DNA from: a virus
Virus record (IMG/VR): IMGVR_UViG_3300045988_183931
Span: 6,965-70,964 of that record
DNA: 64,000 bases
Strand: one strand, 5' to 3'
Under the pieces are notes generated by a model that saw only the letters and a program-made list of their open reading frames with translations, was not told where the DNA came from and searched no databases. Below, one piece after another: positions 8,079 through 16,964 of this stretch; within the stretch, counting starts at the first letter, position 1, and every line of letters starts with the position of its first letter. Position numbers and translations under genes: made by a program.

Positions 8079-8345
8079 ATGGCACAGGCAAAAATGGTTT
8101 TCAGCTATCTCGGACCCGTTCGTGTCTATGACGACATTACCACAAATAAGTGGGGCGGGACGACTATGGCGGTTTCTGAGAAACAGGCTCGCAACAACTT
8201 GGCTCACCAGTATCGAAAACAGCGCGGATTGCTCCAGTGTGTGCCTGTCAAAATGACGGGTGAGCTGACCAGCTACACCGCACCGATAATGCCGCCGTTC
8301 AGGTCCAAGCGGAGACCTTCATATCGCGGAGGTGAAGCGCAATGA
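8079..8345 (+). CDS. Hypothetical small protein
   Basis: 88-aa ORF with RBS AAGAAAGGAGAAAA. Confidence 0.6.
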   Translation: MAQAKMVFSYLGPVRVYDDITTNKWGGTTMAVSEKQARNNLAHQYRKQRGLLQCVPVKMTGELTSYTAPIMPPFRSKRRPSYRGGEAQ

Positions 8346-8614
8346 TATGGAATGGAAAGTGGAACGGAGCAAATGCCATCGTAGTTCACACGCCGCAGAG
8401 CTTTCGGTCGTTCAAGCGAGCTATCCGTTCTCTTGGCGATGTGTGGGCTGACTGGAATCATGTGTATTTCAGTCAGTGCAGAGATTTGTACTCCGCAGCA
8501 TACCTTCCCTGCTATCCAGACAAGAGTCCCGAAGATAGCACAATCACCTATCACTGGCTCAAGGAAACTTGGTCCAAAGAAGGTCCTCGCGCCGTAGGCA
8601 TGAACATTCAATAA
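8342..8614 (+). CDS. Hypothetical small protein
   Basis: 90-aa ORF with an ATGA overlap onto the upstream gene. Confidence 0.55.
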   Translation: MIWNGKWNGANAIVVHTPQSFRSFKRAIRSLGDVWADWNHVYFSQCRDLYSAAYLPCYPDKSPEDSTITYHWLKETWSKEGPRAVGMNIQ

Positions 8615-8630
8615 TCGAGGAGGAGAAGCT

Positions 8631-8834
8631 ATGTCTACACCGCTGTATGAGTTAATTGAGAGAGCCGAGCGTATGGATTCCGTCTACTCTGAGCGCTACG
8701 CATCTTTCTCTTCTGAACAGGATAGGCGTGCGAAGCAGTGTATTGCGGAGGCTCGCGAAGCTATCGAAGTGCAGCGAAGAAACTGCGAAAGACGACGCCA
8801 GCAGGCAGCCGTAACACTGTCTCGGAAACTTTGA
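8631..8834 (+). CDS. Hypothetical small protein
   Basis: 67-aa ORF with RBS GAGGAGGAG. Confidence 0.55.
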   Translation: MSTPLYELIERAERMDSVYSERYASFSSEQDRRAKQCIAEAREAIEVQRRNCERRRQQAAVTLSRKL

Positions 8835-8855
8835 AAAGAAAGGAGTAAATTCATT

Positions 8856-9071
8856 GTGAAAGTAAAAAAGAAAATTCGTTACGCCGGCGAATGCTGCATT
8901 TGCCACGAACCCATTGAGGTTGGCGAAGAATATGTCGAGGCACCCTACGAAAACAAACAGTGTCATATCGACTGCATGGAGACAGAGCCGCTTAAAGCGG
9001 TTCTGTCTTTTTTCGGCATTCCGTCGTGTGTAACCAATTCTGAAGGAAAGGAGACAAGAATCTATGGGTAG
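8856..9071 (+). CDS. Hypothetical small Cys-containing protein (CxC...HxxC)
   Basis: 71-aa ORF with a GTG start after AAAGGAG. Overlaps the downstream MazF-like gene by 8 nt. Confidence 0.5.
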   Translation: MKVKKKIRYAGECCICHEPIEVGEEYVEAPYENKQCHIDCMETEPLKAVLSFFGIPSCVTNSEGKETRIYG

Positions 9072-9642
9072 AAATGGAAACATCCGCAGGGGCGATGTAT
9101 TTTGGGTCAATGCGAAAGAAATCGAAATCTTTTCCCCTTGGGCCCCGGAAGGAAGTCAGTTCCGCGATAAAGACGGACATCCTTCCAATAGCTCTGTTAT
9201 CAGAGGGCATCGTCCCGCAATCGTTGTATCTTCGGATGACCTGAACCGCTACAGCAGTGTAGTGGAGGTCGTATTTACGACATCATCTCCAAAGATGCAG
9301 CAGCCCTCCCATGTACTCATCACGAGCACGAGCCGCCCCAGCACAGCACTGTGCGAGCAGCCGATGGCAGTTTCTGTCAATGAGCTGGGAGCCTATATCT
9401 GCCACCTGACTGAAGCGGAGCTGGTAGACATCGACGCCGCGCTGTACTACAGCATGGGGCTAAGTGCTCGTGTGAACGACAATGATGATAATACATGGCG
9501 TGCGCGGTATGAAACCATGCACAGGGCATATTCCGAGATGCTTGTCCATGTTATGCGAATCATGGACAGCAACAACAAACGGGCCACACCGTACCCCGCA
9601 GCCACCGTTGGAAGAAGAAAGGAGCAAGCCGAAAATGAGTAA
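9064..9642 (+). CDS. PemK/MazF-like toxin-fold protein with an insertion and a C-terminal extension
   Basis: 192 aa. IRRGDVFWVN .. RPAIVVSSD .. VEVVFTTS .. PSHVLI .. ALCEQPMAVSVNEL matches the PemK/MazF strand order. There is an extra loop of about 25 aa after beta-1 and an extra tail of about 60 aa. Confidence 0.6.
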   Translation: MGRNGNIRRGDVFWVNAKEIEIFSPWAPEGSQFRDKDGHPSNSSVIRGHRPAIVVSSDDLNRYSSVVEVVFTTSSPKMQQPSHVLITSTSRPSTALCEQPMAVSVNELGAYICHLTEAELVDIDAALYYSMGLSARVNDNDDNTWRARYETMHRAYSEMLVHVMRIMDSNNKRATPYPAATVGRRKEQAENE

Positions 9643-9907
9643 TCCTATCTTCATCGTGTTTGCCTGTGACGCTTGGAAATCAACAGACTCTATGCGTCTG
9701 GTTTCTGCGACGACTTCCCGCGCAAAACTGAAGGAGCTTGTGGCAACCTGCGTCGAGTCCGAAACGTTTGAGTACGGCGAAGACTCCGTAGAGGCCGCTG
9801 CGACGCGGCTCCGCAAGGACTTTGATAGCGGATTAAGCATCTACGACATCAACAACAGCCTCAGATTCGGCATCATAACCGCTGCTGAGGACGGTGAGAT
9901 GTTGTAA
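9635..9907 (+). CDS. Hypothetical small protein
   Basis: 90 aa from ATG 9635, with RBS AAGGAG. Overlaps the upstream stop by 8 nt. The longer ORF-track form (9482) lies inside the MazF-like gene. Confidence 0.55.
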   Translation: MSNPIFIVFACDAWKSTDSMRLVSATTSRAKLKELVATCVESETFEYGEDSVEAAATRLRKDFDSGLSIYDINNSLRFGIITAAEDGEML

Positions 9908-9928
9908 CGGAAGAAAGGAGATGTAAAA

Positions 9929-10888
9929 ATGGGATACACTATCATTGATGCCCGCTCATTCATCAAGACAACTCGTGGTATCATTCCCCTTGCCTTGGGC
10001 GGCAGCAATAACTGCTCCGAGTTTATCTACGACAGGAATTTCAAGCCGCGAGAGGTTCGCGAGCGCCACTGGTTCTTGCTGGGAGGAATCAATCTTCTGG
10101 AGCTTCCTGAGGACGAATTTGTGGCGAAGGTGAATACCACCTTCCCCGACAACGACGATGATTGCTGGATGATGAACAGCAAGTGGGTCACTTGCTCTCA
10201 GGCACGGAAATGGTTTGCTCGCGCCGCAAAGGATGCCGCCACGCTGGAGGACATCCTCGCCGCCAATCCCGGCGTCAACGACCTGAATGTAGGGCTGATG
10301 CCCTATACGTCCGGCGACCATCTGCTGTGGAGGTATGTCAGAACAACGGATGAGCTGGAAGTCTGGCTGGATGAGGCACGGGAACTGGTAAAAGAACACA
10401 AGGACCACTACATCTTCATGTCGTTCAGCGGAACACAGCGCGGCGAGCGCCTGCGACCTGCCAGAGCGCGGGATGTAAAGGGTCCGCTTGTCGTGCAAAA
10501 GCGCAACGCGGGCTATGTGCGTGCGTTTGATAATGTGAATGGAAGAATAACTGTGCATTTCACAAAGGATGTCAGAGATGCCATTCATTACCCGTCTGTG
10601 GAATCAGCTACGGCAGCGATGGGGGAGGTTATCAGCGTAATGGGACTTGAGTTCAAGACCGTAACGCGCAAGATGACGGCGCCTCGGCCCTATGTCGTTA
10701 TGTGTACGGAAAAGGCATACGCAGGGAAGTATGTGAAGAAATCCGTGAAGAACAACCTCCAGTACACGTCCTCCGTGGATGATGCTCAGAGGTTTATCAG
10801 TGAGAAAGACGCTGAGGCAAAGATTTCTTCCTTGCGAGGCAAATTTCTCAGCGCACAGTATCTCAAACCAGTTTACGTAGAAGCGTGA
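9929..10888 (+). CDS. Hypothetical protein
   Basis: 319-aa ORF with RBS GAAAGGAGA. Confidence 0.6.
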   Translation: MGYTIIDARSFIKTTRGIIPLALGGSNNCSEFIYDRNFKPREVRERHWFLLGGINLLELPEDEFVAKVNTTFPDNDDDCWMMNSKWVTCSQARKWFARAAKDAATLEDILAANPGVNDLNVGLMPYTSGDHLLWRYVRTTDELEVWLDEARELVKEHKDHYIFMSFSGTQRGERLRPARARDVKGPLVVQKRNAGYVRAFDNVNGRITVHFTKDVRDAIHYPSVESATAAMGEVISVMGLEFKTVTRKMTAPRPYVVMCTEKAYAGKYVKKSVKNNLQYTSSVDDAQRFISEKDAEAKISSLRGKFLSAQYLKPVYVEA

Positions 10889-10905
10889 ACAACAAGCCTA
10901 AAAAA

Positions 10906-10932
10906 AGAGCCGCTATGCGGCTCTTTTCTTTT
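10906..10932 (+). terminator. Intrinsic terminator
   Basis: AGAGCCGC-UAU-GCGGCUCU followed by UUUCUUUU. Confidence 0.75.
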
Positions 10933-10944
10933 GCGTCGAAACCG

Positions 10945-11077
10945 TTGACATTATAAGGAAATGTGGTAGTATAGTAGTATAATTACGAAGATATTTTTAT
11001 AAGGAGCTTTGTCTCCGTTTTCAGTCACATCATCACATTCAAGACAGTTGTTCTCTTTTGAGAACGACTGTCTTTTT
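10945..11077 (+). promoter_or_regulatory. Repeated promoter-leader-terminator module, copy 2
   Basis: TTGACA at 10945-10950. Same 46-nt core as the other copies. The 12-mer lies at 10978-10989. 13-bp terminator stem at 11043-11072 plus UUUUU. Confidence 0.8.
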
Positions 11078-11140
11078 ATATATTCACTACATTTTTGTTC
11101 CCATAAGACCTTAACACAGGCTGGGAGAAAGGAGAAAAAT

Positions 11141-11893
11141 ATGGCATATATCTGCGAAAAGCCTGCTGGTTCCTGTGCGTTATGTGAGCACTATCGTTTC
11201 GATGAGGAAAAGGGACGAAAAGTGTGCTTTGCCGCTGTGGATAAGTGCGAGGCAGAAAAAAAAGCAGCCGAGCTGAAGGTCGTTGCGTCGAAATCCGGAT
11301 GTGATAAGGCAGAGAACACCTGCACCTCCTGTGAGAAGTATGTGTGGGACGACAAAGTGGCGCGTTACGTGTGTCTCGAAGGCGAGGATGCAGCGAGAAC
11401 TGCAACCCTTCCCAGCAGAAGATACGCGATGCTTTTTGTGAACCATTCCCCTATCGACGAAGGCTCTCTTGTGGATGTGTGTGCGTTGTCCTTCGACACA
11501 CTGGATGAGGCTCGTGAGGGCGTCGAGTTGGCAAAAAACGCGCACACACACGTCAGCAACCAGCTCAGAGGCAGACGAGGTCTTTTCCCGTTTGCTGGTG
11601 AAATGCTCTCCGATGAGGAGTGCCGCCGTGTGTTCGGCGCAAAGGTTCTCTGTGCGTCTTCCCTCTACTACACGGATGAGTACGATGCAAGCGTCAAGGC
11701 GAGAGCTTTTTCCTACCTCGCGGTAGAGACCGAAAATGCGCGGGATGTTATCCGGCGTCTTCTGCATCACAATTTGGACTGTGGCACCTGCCAGACCTTC
11801 GTTGATGAGGGTTGCGAAACCTATCACGACTGCCCCTACCACGGCGAGTGCGCCAAGTTGGGCGATGTCTGGGTAGAAAGAAAGGCGGTGTAA
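11141..11893 (+). CDS. Hypothetical Cys-rich protein
   Basis: 250 aa from ATG 11141, with RBS GGGAGAAAGGAGAAAA. The ORF-track N-terminal extension from 11009 runs through the leader terminator and is rejected. Confidence 0.6.
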   Translation: MAYICEKPAGSCALCEHYRFDEEKGRKVCFAAVDKCEAEKKAAELKVVASKSGCDKAENTCTSCEKYVWDDKVARYVCLEGEDAARTATLPSRRYAMLFVNHSPIDEGSLVDVCALSFDTLDEAREGVELAKNAHTHVSNQLRGRRGLFPFAGEMLSDEECRRVFGAKVLCASSLYYTDEYDASVKARAFSYLAVETENARDVIRRLLHHNLDCGTCQTFVDEGCETYHDCPYHGECAKLGDVWVERKAV

Positions 11894-11895
11894 GA

Positions 11896-12228
11896 ATGTT
11901 GCTTTCTGTAAAGCTGAAAAACGGACTTACCTCTCTGGCAGAACAGATGGGCATGGACATTACCACGCACCTGAAGAACATCACAGTCAACGGACAGAAG
12001 CGCGGCTGCTCTGGCTTCGTGACTTGCGGAGAGAGTTGCGTCTATGTAACAACCGAGCACTCTTGCTATGGACCTATTTCCGACAAATCCATGTGCCGCT
12101 ATGCCAAGAATACAGAGGATTTCTCCAGCAACGGTCTGAAAAACGGCTATAACCAGTTTGTGGCCGACGATTTATTGGCCGCAAAAGTCATTTCCATGCT
12201 CAAAAACGGCAAAGGCATCCCCCGCTGA
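11896..12228 (+). CDS. Hypothetical protein
   Basis: 110 aa from ATG 11896, 3 nt after the upstream stop. Confidence 0.5.
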   Translation: MLLSVKLKNGLTSLAEQMGMDITTHLKNITVNGQKRGCSGFVTCGESCVYVTTEHSCYGPISDKSMCRYAKNTEDFSSNGLKNGYNQFVADDLLAAKVISMLKNGKGIPR

Positions 12229-12256
12229 GGGGGATGCCGGCAGAAAGGAGGCTCCC

Positions 12257-12808
12257 GTGAGGAAGGACTACATTAGATTTCCCGCAAGGATGAAACAGCT
12301 CGTCAGCTTCACGGGCATGACTATTGAAAACAAGGGTAACTGTTATCCTACCGACATCGACGGACTCATTGAGTATCACGACAAGGGGTATGTTTTCTTT
12401 GAGGTAAAGCATCGTAATGCCGCAATGCCTTATGGTCAGAGACTCGCGCTCCAGCGCATGGTGGAGGATGCTTCCAGAATTGGAAAGACATCTATCGCCA
12501 TCGTGTGTGAACATACGGTAGACAATCCCCTCATTCCCGTCACAGTTGCAACGTGCCGGGTCAGGGAAATCTACTATTCTAAGGAGCATCGTTGGCGGGC
12601 GCCAAAATACCCCACAATGACCGTGAGACAAGCGGTAGATGGGTTTCTCTACACGCCAAGCGTTCAGCAATACAGAACGCCCTCTGGCGGCATTAGCACC
12701 CTCGTGGTGGCTCAGGTAGCGAGAGGAGGGGCTATCCCCTTCCCTCCCGCCTACCCAGCCGCGCAGAGCTTCGGTGCCGTGCCTGATACACTGAGGCAGA
12801 GCAGTTGA
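12257..12808 (+). CDS. Putative PD-(D/E)XK-fold nuclease-like protein
   Basis: 183 aa from GTG 12257 after AAAGGAGG. The spacing DIDGLIEYHDKGYVFFEVKHRN gives a D...E-V-K arrangement like PD-(D/E)XK nucleases. Confidence 0.4.
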   Translation: MRKDYIRFPARMKQLVSFTGMTIENKGNCYPTDIDGLIEYHDKGYVFFEVKHRNAAMPYGQRLALQRMVEDASRIGKTSIAIVCEHTVDNPLIPVTVATCRVREIYYSKEHRWRAPKYPTMTVRQAVDGFLYTPSVQQYRTPSGGISTLVVAQVARGGAIPFPPAYPAAQSFGAVPDTLRQSS

Positions 12809-12838
12809 AATCCGCAAAAAAAAAGAAAGGAGAGTAAC

Positions 12839-13291
12839 ATGGGAAGAAACAAAGTTTTGTCCCGCGATGAGGTCGTAAAAAGCCTGAAGAAGCAGCTCAC
12901 CGAGTATGACATTACCGACATCCCAACGGACGCAATTCGACATTTGCAGATGGCGAGAATTATCTGCGAGTGCAATTATGTGTTCCTCGATGATGTTATC
13001 GAGACTCTGGTAAATTGGCTGAAAATGGATACCGGTGAAATTCCCAAGGGTGCGGTATCGCTCCTGCAGGATGCACTGGATGCCTGTCGCGGAACTTCAC
13101 CACATAAGCGGCGCAAAGTAAGCAAAGAAGGTTCCGGTACGCCGTCGGAAGTGTTCGACGAGTTCCTGTTCCTTGGAGATGTTACCGGATTGCTCGGCGA
13201 ATGGTTTGACATGGACACTCAGGATATTCCTGAGGCGGCGTTGGCTGCGCTGCATAAGGTCTACGACCTTTGTTGTCAGGAATATGAGTGA
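12839..13291 (+). CDS. Hypothetical protein with an internal duplication
   Basis: 150 aa with RBS GAAAGGAGAG. Two similar segments: LVNWLKMDTGEIPKGAVSLLQDALDAC and LLGEWFDMDTQDIPEAALAALHKVYDLC. Confidence 0.6.
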   Translation: MGRNKVLSRDEVVKSLKKQLTEYDITDIPTDAIRHLQMARIICECNYVFLDDVIETLVNWLKMDTGEIPKGAVSLLQDALDACRGTSPHKRRKVSKEGSGTPSEVFDEFLFLGDVTGLLGEWFDMDTQDIPEAALAALHKVYDLCCQEYE

Positions 13292-13318
13292 CCCCCCGGA
13301 AAAGAAAGGAGAAAACAT

Positions 13319-14056
13319 ATGCCCAGAAAGGAACCTTATGAGCGGCGAATCTGCCTCTCACATTGTCCTGTCAAAGAGTGCGACACAGACATCTATCGTG
13401 GCTCTCGTTGCAAGGAACTGCGCGAGAAAGCCGGCATCCATTTTGACCCCGATGCCTTTAAGGACAAAAAGCCTAAGCCCATTATTTTCAACGGAGAGAT
13501 GGTTCGAGCCATCCGGGAGGGTCGCAAGACAGTGACTCGCCGTGGTGCATTCCACTTCGCAGGAAAGAGAGCGGATGGACTGTATCGCGACGGAGACGGA
13601 CGTCTCGTGGCCGCTTTCGCTGATGAGAATACCGTCATTCGCAGCTTTCGCGCCCCGTTTGATAAGGGCGATATCCTGTATGTCCGTGAGACGACTTGTG
13701 CCTGCGATTTCAACCGCTGGCTCTACAAGGCCGATTATTCGGATGAGGATTTGAAAAATTCCCCTGAGGTGAGTTCCCTCATTCACTGGACACCGTCCAT
13801 TCATATGCCCAAAGATGCGGCACGCATTTTCCTGCGTGTGACGGATGTGCGGTTGGAACATTTGAATGACATGAAGGACGAGGACTTCACTAAGGAGGGC
13901 ATCACCTGTGACAGTACCTCCGGCGAGAACACCATGTCCCTTCAGGAGAAGTTTATCGAGCTGTGGGACAGCACGATTCCCGAACACAAGGCCCTGTCAA
14001 AGTGGGCCGGAAACCCGTGGGTATGGGTCATTGAGTTCGAGGAGGTGCAGTTCTGA
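13319..14056 (+). CDS. ASCH-domain-like protein
   Basis: 245 aa. IIFNGEMVRAIREGRKTVTRR .. GDILYVRE .. WTPSIHMP .. RIFLRVTDVRLE resembles phage/plasmid ASCH-type proteins. Confidence 0.55.
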   Translation: MPRKEPYERRICLSHCPVKECDTDIYRGSRCKELREKAGIHFDPDAFKDKKPKPIIFNGEMVRAIREGRKTVTRRGAFHFAGKRADGLYRDGDGRLVAAFADENTVIRSFRAPFDKGDILYVRETTCACDFNRWLYKADYSDEDLKNSPEVSSLIHWTPSIHMPKDAARIFLRVTDVRLEHLNDMKDEDFTKEGITCDSTSGENTMSLQEKFIELWDSTIPEHKALSKWAGNPWVWVIEFEEVQF

Positions 14057-14355
14057 TGGCGACGGATTACCATGCAGTGATTCAGGAGAATATCCAAAAG
14101 CAGAACGGCACCTACGAGTCCAATGCAAACCCGTTTGGCATCTGCGGCACTTGTGGCTACGAGCTTGAACCGAGCTACTTCGTGGATGAGGAAGAAATCA
14201 TCCAGCATGGGGTGCGTTTCAAGACCGGTCGTATTCGGCGGGCTGTGGACTGTCTCGTCTGTCCTAACTGTCTCAGAACAGAGTGTGTGGACGACAGCTT
14301 CGACGGTCCTTGGATGGATAAAGCCCAGTGGAAAAAGCTCCACGGGATACATTAA
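14056..14355 (+). CDS. Hypothetical zinc-ribbon protein
   Basis: 99 aa. The ATG overlaps the upstream TGA. CGTCG...CPNC pairs are present. Confidence 0.55.
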   Translation: MATDYHAVIQENIQKQNGTYESNANPFGICGTCGYELEPSYFVDEEEIIQHGVRFKTGRIRRAVDCLVCPNCLRTECVDDSFDGPWMDKAQWKKLHGIH

Positions 14356-14373
14356 AAAATGAAAGGAGAAAAA

Positions 14374-14877
14374 ATGAAAGAAATTTTGTTTCGCGGCCAG
14401 ATTCGGCGGCATGGCGAGAAAGTTCGCATGGCAACCGGAGCACCCCTGCCGGGAATTTGGGTTTACGGGGGCGCCGCACGTCCCCATAATAGCCCGAAGG
14501 ACTTCGCCATCATCTACACGTACTTGTCCGACACGGCTGAAAGCCGCGACGTTTGCGGTGTCTATGCGGATACCGTAACGCAGTACACCGGCATCATCGA
14601 CAAGGACGGCGCTAAGGTGTTCGAAGGAGACATCGTGGAGACCTTTGAAGGATTCCGCCCCACTCCTCTCTTCAACGAGAACACGGTTGTGTTCCGAAAT
14701 GGTTCCTTTGGACTGCTGGTTAGTGAGTCTTTGAAAACAAAAACGGCAGCAGAGCTGATGGACGAGGCTTACGACAACGGACATTTTGTTCCGTTTTGTA
14801 AGCTGCTCGGCACCGAAATCCGTGTTGTTGGCAACATCTTTGATGGTATCGCCGATAAGACTGCAAAGAACGAATAA
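14374..14877 (+). CDS. YopX-family protein
   Basis: 167 aa from ATG 14374, with RBS AAAGGAG. MKEILFRGQ .. YTGIIDKDGAKVFEGDIV .. FRNGSFG is typical of YopX. Confidence 0.7.
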   Translation: MKEILFRGQIRRHGEKVRMATGAPLPGIWVYGGAARPHNSPKDFAIIYTYLSDTAESRDVCGVYADTVTQYTGIIDKDGAKVFEGDIVETFEGFRPTPLFNENTVVFRNGSFGLLVSESLKTKTAAELMDEAYDNGHFVPFCKLLGTEIRVVGNIFDGIADKTAKNE

Positions 14878-14891
14878 CCTTAACTTAAAAA

Positions 14892-14918
14892 GAAGCTCTT
14901 TCGGGAGCTTCTTTTTTT
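14892..14918 (+). terminator. Intrinsic terminator
   Basis: GAAGCUC-loop-GAGCUUC followed by UUUUUUU. Confidence 0.75.
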
Positions 14919-14930
14919 GTACCGTTTCCG

Positions 14931-15063
14931 TTGACATTATAAAGAATTGTGGTAGTATAGTAGTATAATTACGAAGATATTTTTATAAGGAGATTTATCT
15001 CCGTTTTCAGTCACATCATCATATTCAAGACAGTTGTTCTCATTTGGGAACGACTGTCTTTTT
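14931..15063 (+). promoter_or_regulatory. Repeated promoter-leader-terminator module, copy 3
   Basis: TTGACA at 14931-14936. Same core as the other copies. The 12-mer lies at 14964-14975. Terminator stem at 15029-15058 plus a U-run. Confidence 0.8.
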
Positions 15064-15101
15064 ATATATTCAGAACAAGTAAAAACGAAAGGAGAAAACG
15101 C

Positions 15102-15278
15102 ATGAAACAAAAGGAGCTTACCAAGTACGAGTGCGATACACACCCGTCTATCCATTATACAGGCAGCGTGCGCGGTATGAAAGCAAGCGGCCTGTGGGGA
15201 AAGAACGACGAATGTGTGCGTTGTGGTAATTATATCTACAACCTGTCTATCACACTTGGGCCTTACAAGCAGAATTAG
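15102..15278 (+). CDS. Hypothetical small protein (58 aa, CxxC-containing)
   Basis: Not in the ORF track (shorter than 60 aa). RBS GAAAGGAGAAAA plus ATG 15102. Reads MKQKELTKYECDTHPSIHYTG...CVRCGNYIYN. Confidence 0.5.
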   Translation: MKQKELTKYECDTHPSIHYTGSVRGMKASGLWGKNDECVRCGNYIYNLSITLGPYKQN

Positions 15279-15293
15279 GGAAAGGAGAAAAAA

Positions 15294-15602
15294 ATGGATA
15301 CATCTTCGCTGCACTTTGTTGACAGCACATTGTCTCAGTATCGGAACGAGTTGTTGTTCCACCCTCGCAAGAAGTTGCCCGCAAAAGACGTCAACGACGC
15401 TCTGAGGCGGCTGCTGGAAATAACGGGAGTACAGGGAAAGGTCAGGGACACCCTGACTACCCACCTGAACGACAGGTGCGGATATGCCCGCGATTTGAGT
15501 AAGCCTACGCCCTCAATCGCACAGGTCATCTCCGCTATGGAATTCGCGTTGCAGTCGGCTTATGCCGACCGGCCTGTTATGGAAGGGGGTGCAAGAGCAT
15601 GA
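15294..15602 (+). CDS. Hypothetical protein
   Basis: 102 aa with RBS GAAAGGAGAAAA. Confidence 0.6.
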   Translation: MDTSSLHFVDSTLSQYRNELLFHPRKKLPAKDVNDALRRLLEITGVQGKVRDTLTTHLNDRCGYARDLSKPTPSIAQVISAMEFALQSAYADRPVMEGGARA

Positions 15603-15808
15603 GTAAGCATCGCTGGACAATCGAAGAGCTGAAGAGCGTCAATGACGCTCAGTTCGCTATGGCGATTCTGATGGAACGCCGCAGTGAGTTATCGAATCCC
15701 TACACCCCGTTCGCACAGCGCCTTACCAGCGTCATCAATACGCTGACGGACATGGCTGTGGATGGCGGGCTGACAGACGAAGAAAGGAGTAAGAACAATG
15801 GCCACTGA
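15599..15808 (+). CDS. Hypothetical small protein
   Basis: 69 aa with an ATGA overlap. Confidence 0.55.
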   Translation: MSKHRWTIEELKSVNDAQFAMAILMERRSELSNPYTPFAQRLTSVINTLTDMAVDGGLTDEERSKNNGH

Positions 15809-16166
15809 GATGAGACTCTACCGCGTACCTATTATCGGTAGTAATGCCGAACGGCGGCACGGAAAGGTGGTGGATGAGGTCACGGTCAAGGTTGGAACCA
15901 AGTGGCTGACAGACAATAGAGACTGTCGATACTACAAGGCTCCTTCCGAAGATGCGAACAGAAATCCCTACTTCCAGCAGAACTCCATGTACTGGAGTAC
16001 AGATTACCGGCTGTATCAGACGGAACAGGCTGCCAAGGACTATCACCGGCAGGCGGAATTGCTCATGGCTCTTCGCAGAGCCGTTGGCGACTTCGGCTTC
16101 AACGCCCCGTTGACCGTGTTGGAGAAGGTCATGGACATTCTCAAGGAAGGCGGGTGCCTGAAATGA
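15798..16166 (+). CDS. Hypothetical protein
   Basis: 122 aa with RBS GAAAGGAG. Confidence 0.6.
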   Translation: MATEMRLYRVPIIGSNAERRHGKVVDEVTVKVGTKWLTDNRDCRYYKAPSEDANRNPYFQQNSMYWSTDYRLYQTEQAAKDYHRQAELLMALRRAVGDFGFNAPLTVLEKVMDILKEGGCLK

Positions 16167-16942
16167 GCACAAAAATCTTTGATGCTTGGCGCATCAACTC
16201 TACCGACATCGGGGAGTTGGTCAAGCTCGGCAGTGAGATTCGGGAAGTGCAGCAGAAGTCCTTTGTGGACGCTGTCTACAACTCGCTCGATTTCTGTCAG
16301 CTCGCCATCATCTTCGCCAAGAAGTCTGTAGAGGATATTGAGGAGCTCAGACCTGTTTTTGCTTCAATCGCCGCAAACGTCGTCCATAAGTGTGTTCTGA
16401 TGTACGACTGGACGCCGTCTTTTACGATGACGGATAGCGCCAAAAGCTCTGCGGAACAGATTCTGCAGAAGGAGGCGCAGAAACGGAAGATTTCATTGAC
16501 AGTAGAGCAGAAGAGAAATCTGCTCGACGTTATCACTGAAATCTACGAAATCGTCTCCCGTGATTGGCAGGCGTCACTGCTGTTCCTCAGGGGCGATAAT
16601 GGCAGTACCTACATGAAAGGGTTCAATCTCACCAGAGAAGCGGCCCATTTCATCGACTCCCAATATCCCCGCTTTGAGTACACCGACCAGACGGAGATGA
16701 ATATTTCAGACTTCAACGAGTACACACGGCAGTACATTGGCGCTGCAAAGACGGAAGAAGAACGCTATGAGAGGCTCTTGGAGGCCCAGCACGAACGTGG
16801 AGAACTGTGGGACAAAGCATTCGCAGGCCATAGTGTATGGCGTGATGCCGGTCTCTCCATCTCCCTTGTGCCGGCACAGCTTCAGGAACAGTTCGTGGCT
16901 ATTCACTCTATCTGCAAAAAGGTGTTCGGCGCCGAAGCCTAA
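16163..16942 (+). CDS. Hypothetical protein
   Basis: 259 aa from ATG 16163, with an ATGA overlap onto the upstream stop. GTG 16154 is an alternative start. Confidence 0.6.
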   Translation: MSTKIFDAWRINSTDIGELVKLGSEIREVQQKSFVDAVYNSLDFCQLAIIFAKKSVEDIEELRPVFASIAANVVHKCVLMYDWTPSFTMTDSAKSSAEQILQKEAQKRKISLTVEQKRNLLDVITEIYEIVSRDWQASLLFLRGDNGSTYMKGFNLTREAAHFIDSQYPRFEYTDQTEMNISDFNEYTRQYIGAAKTEEERYERLLEAQHERGELWDKAFAGHSVWRDAGLSISLVPAQLQEQFVAIHSICKKVFGAEA

Positions 16943-16964
16943 CGAAAAAAGAAAGGAGAAAATC

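Noticed and set aside
11009-11140. N-terminal extension of the 11141 gene, starting at a TTG inside module 2
   Set aside because: The extension would be translated through the leader hairpin and the intrinsic terminator. AAGGAG lies only 2-3 nt from the TTG. A strong RBS plus ATG is present at 11141, and the other three modules have no equivalent open frame.
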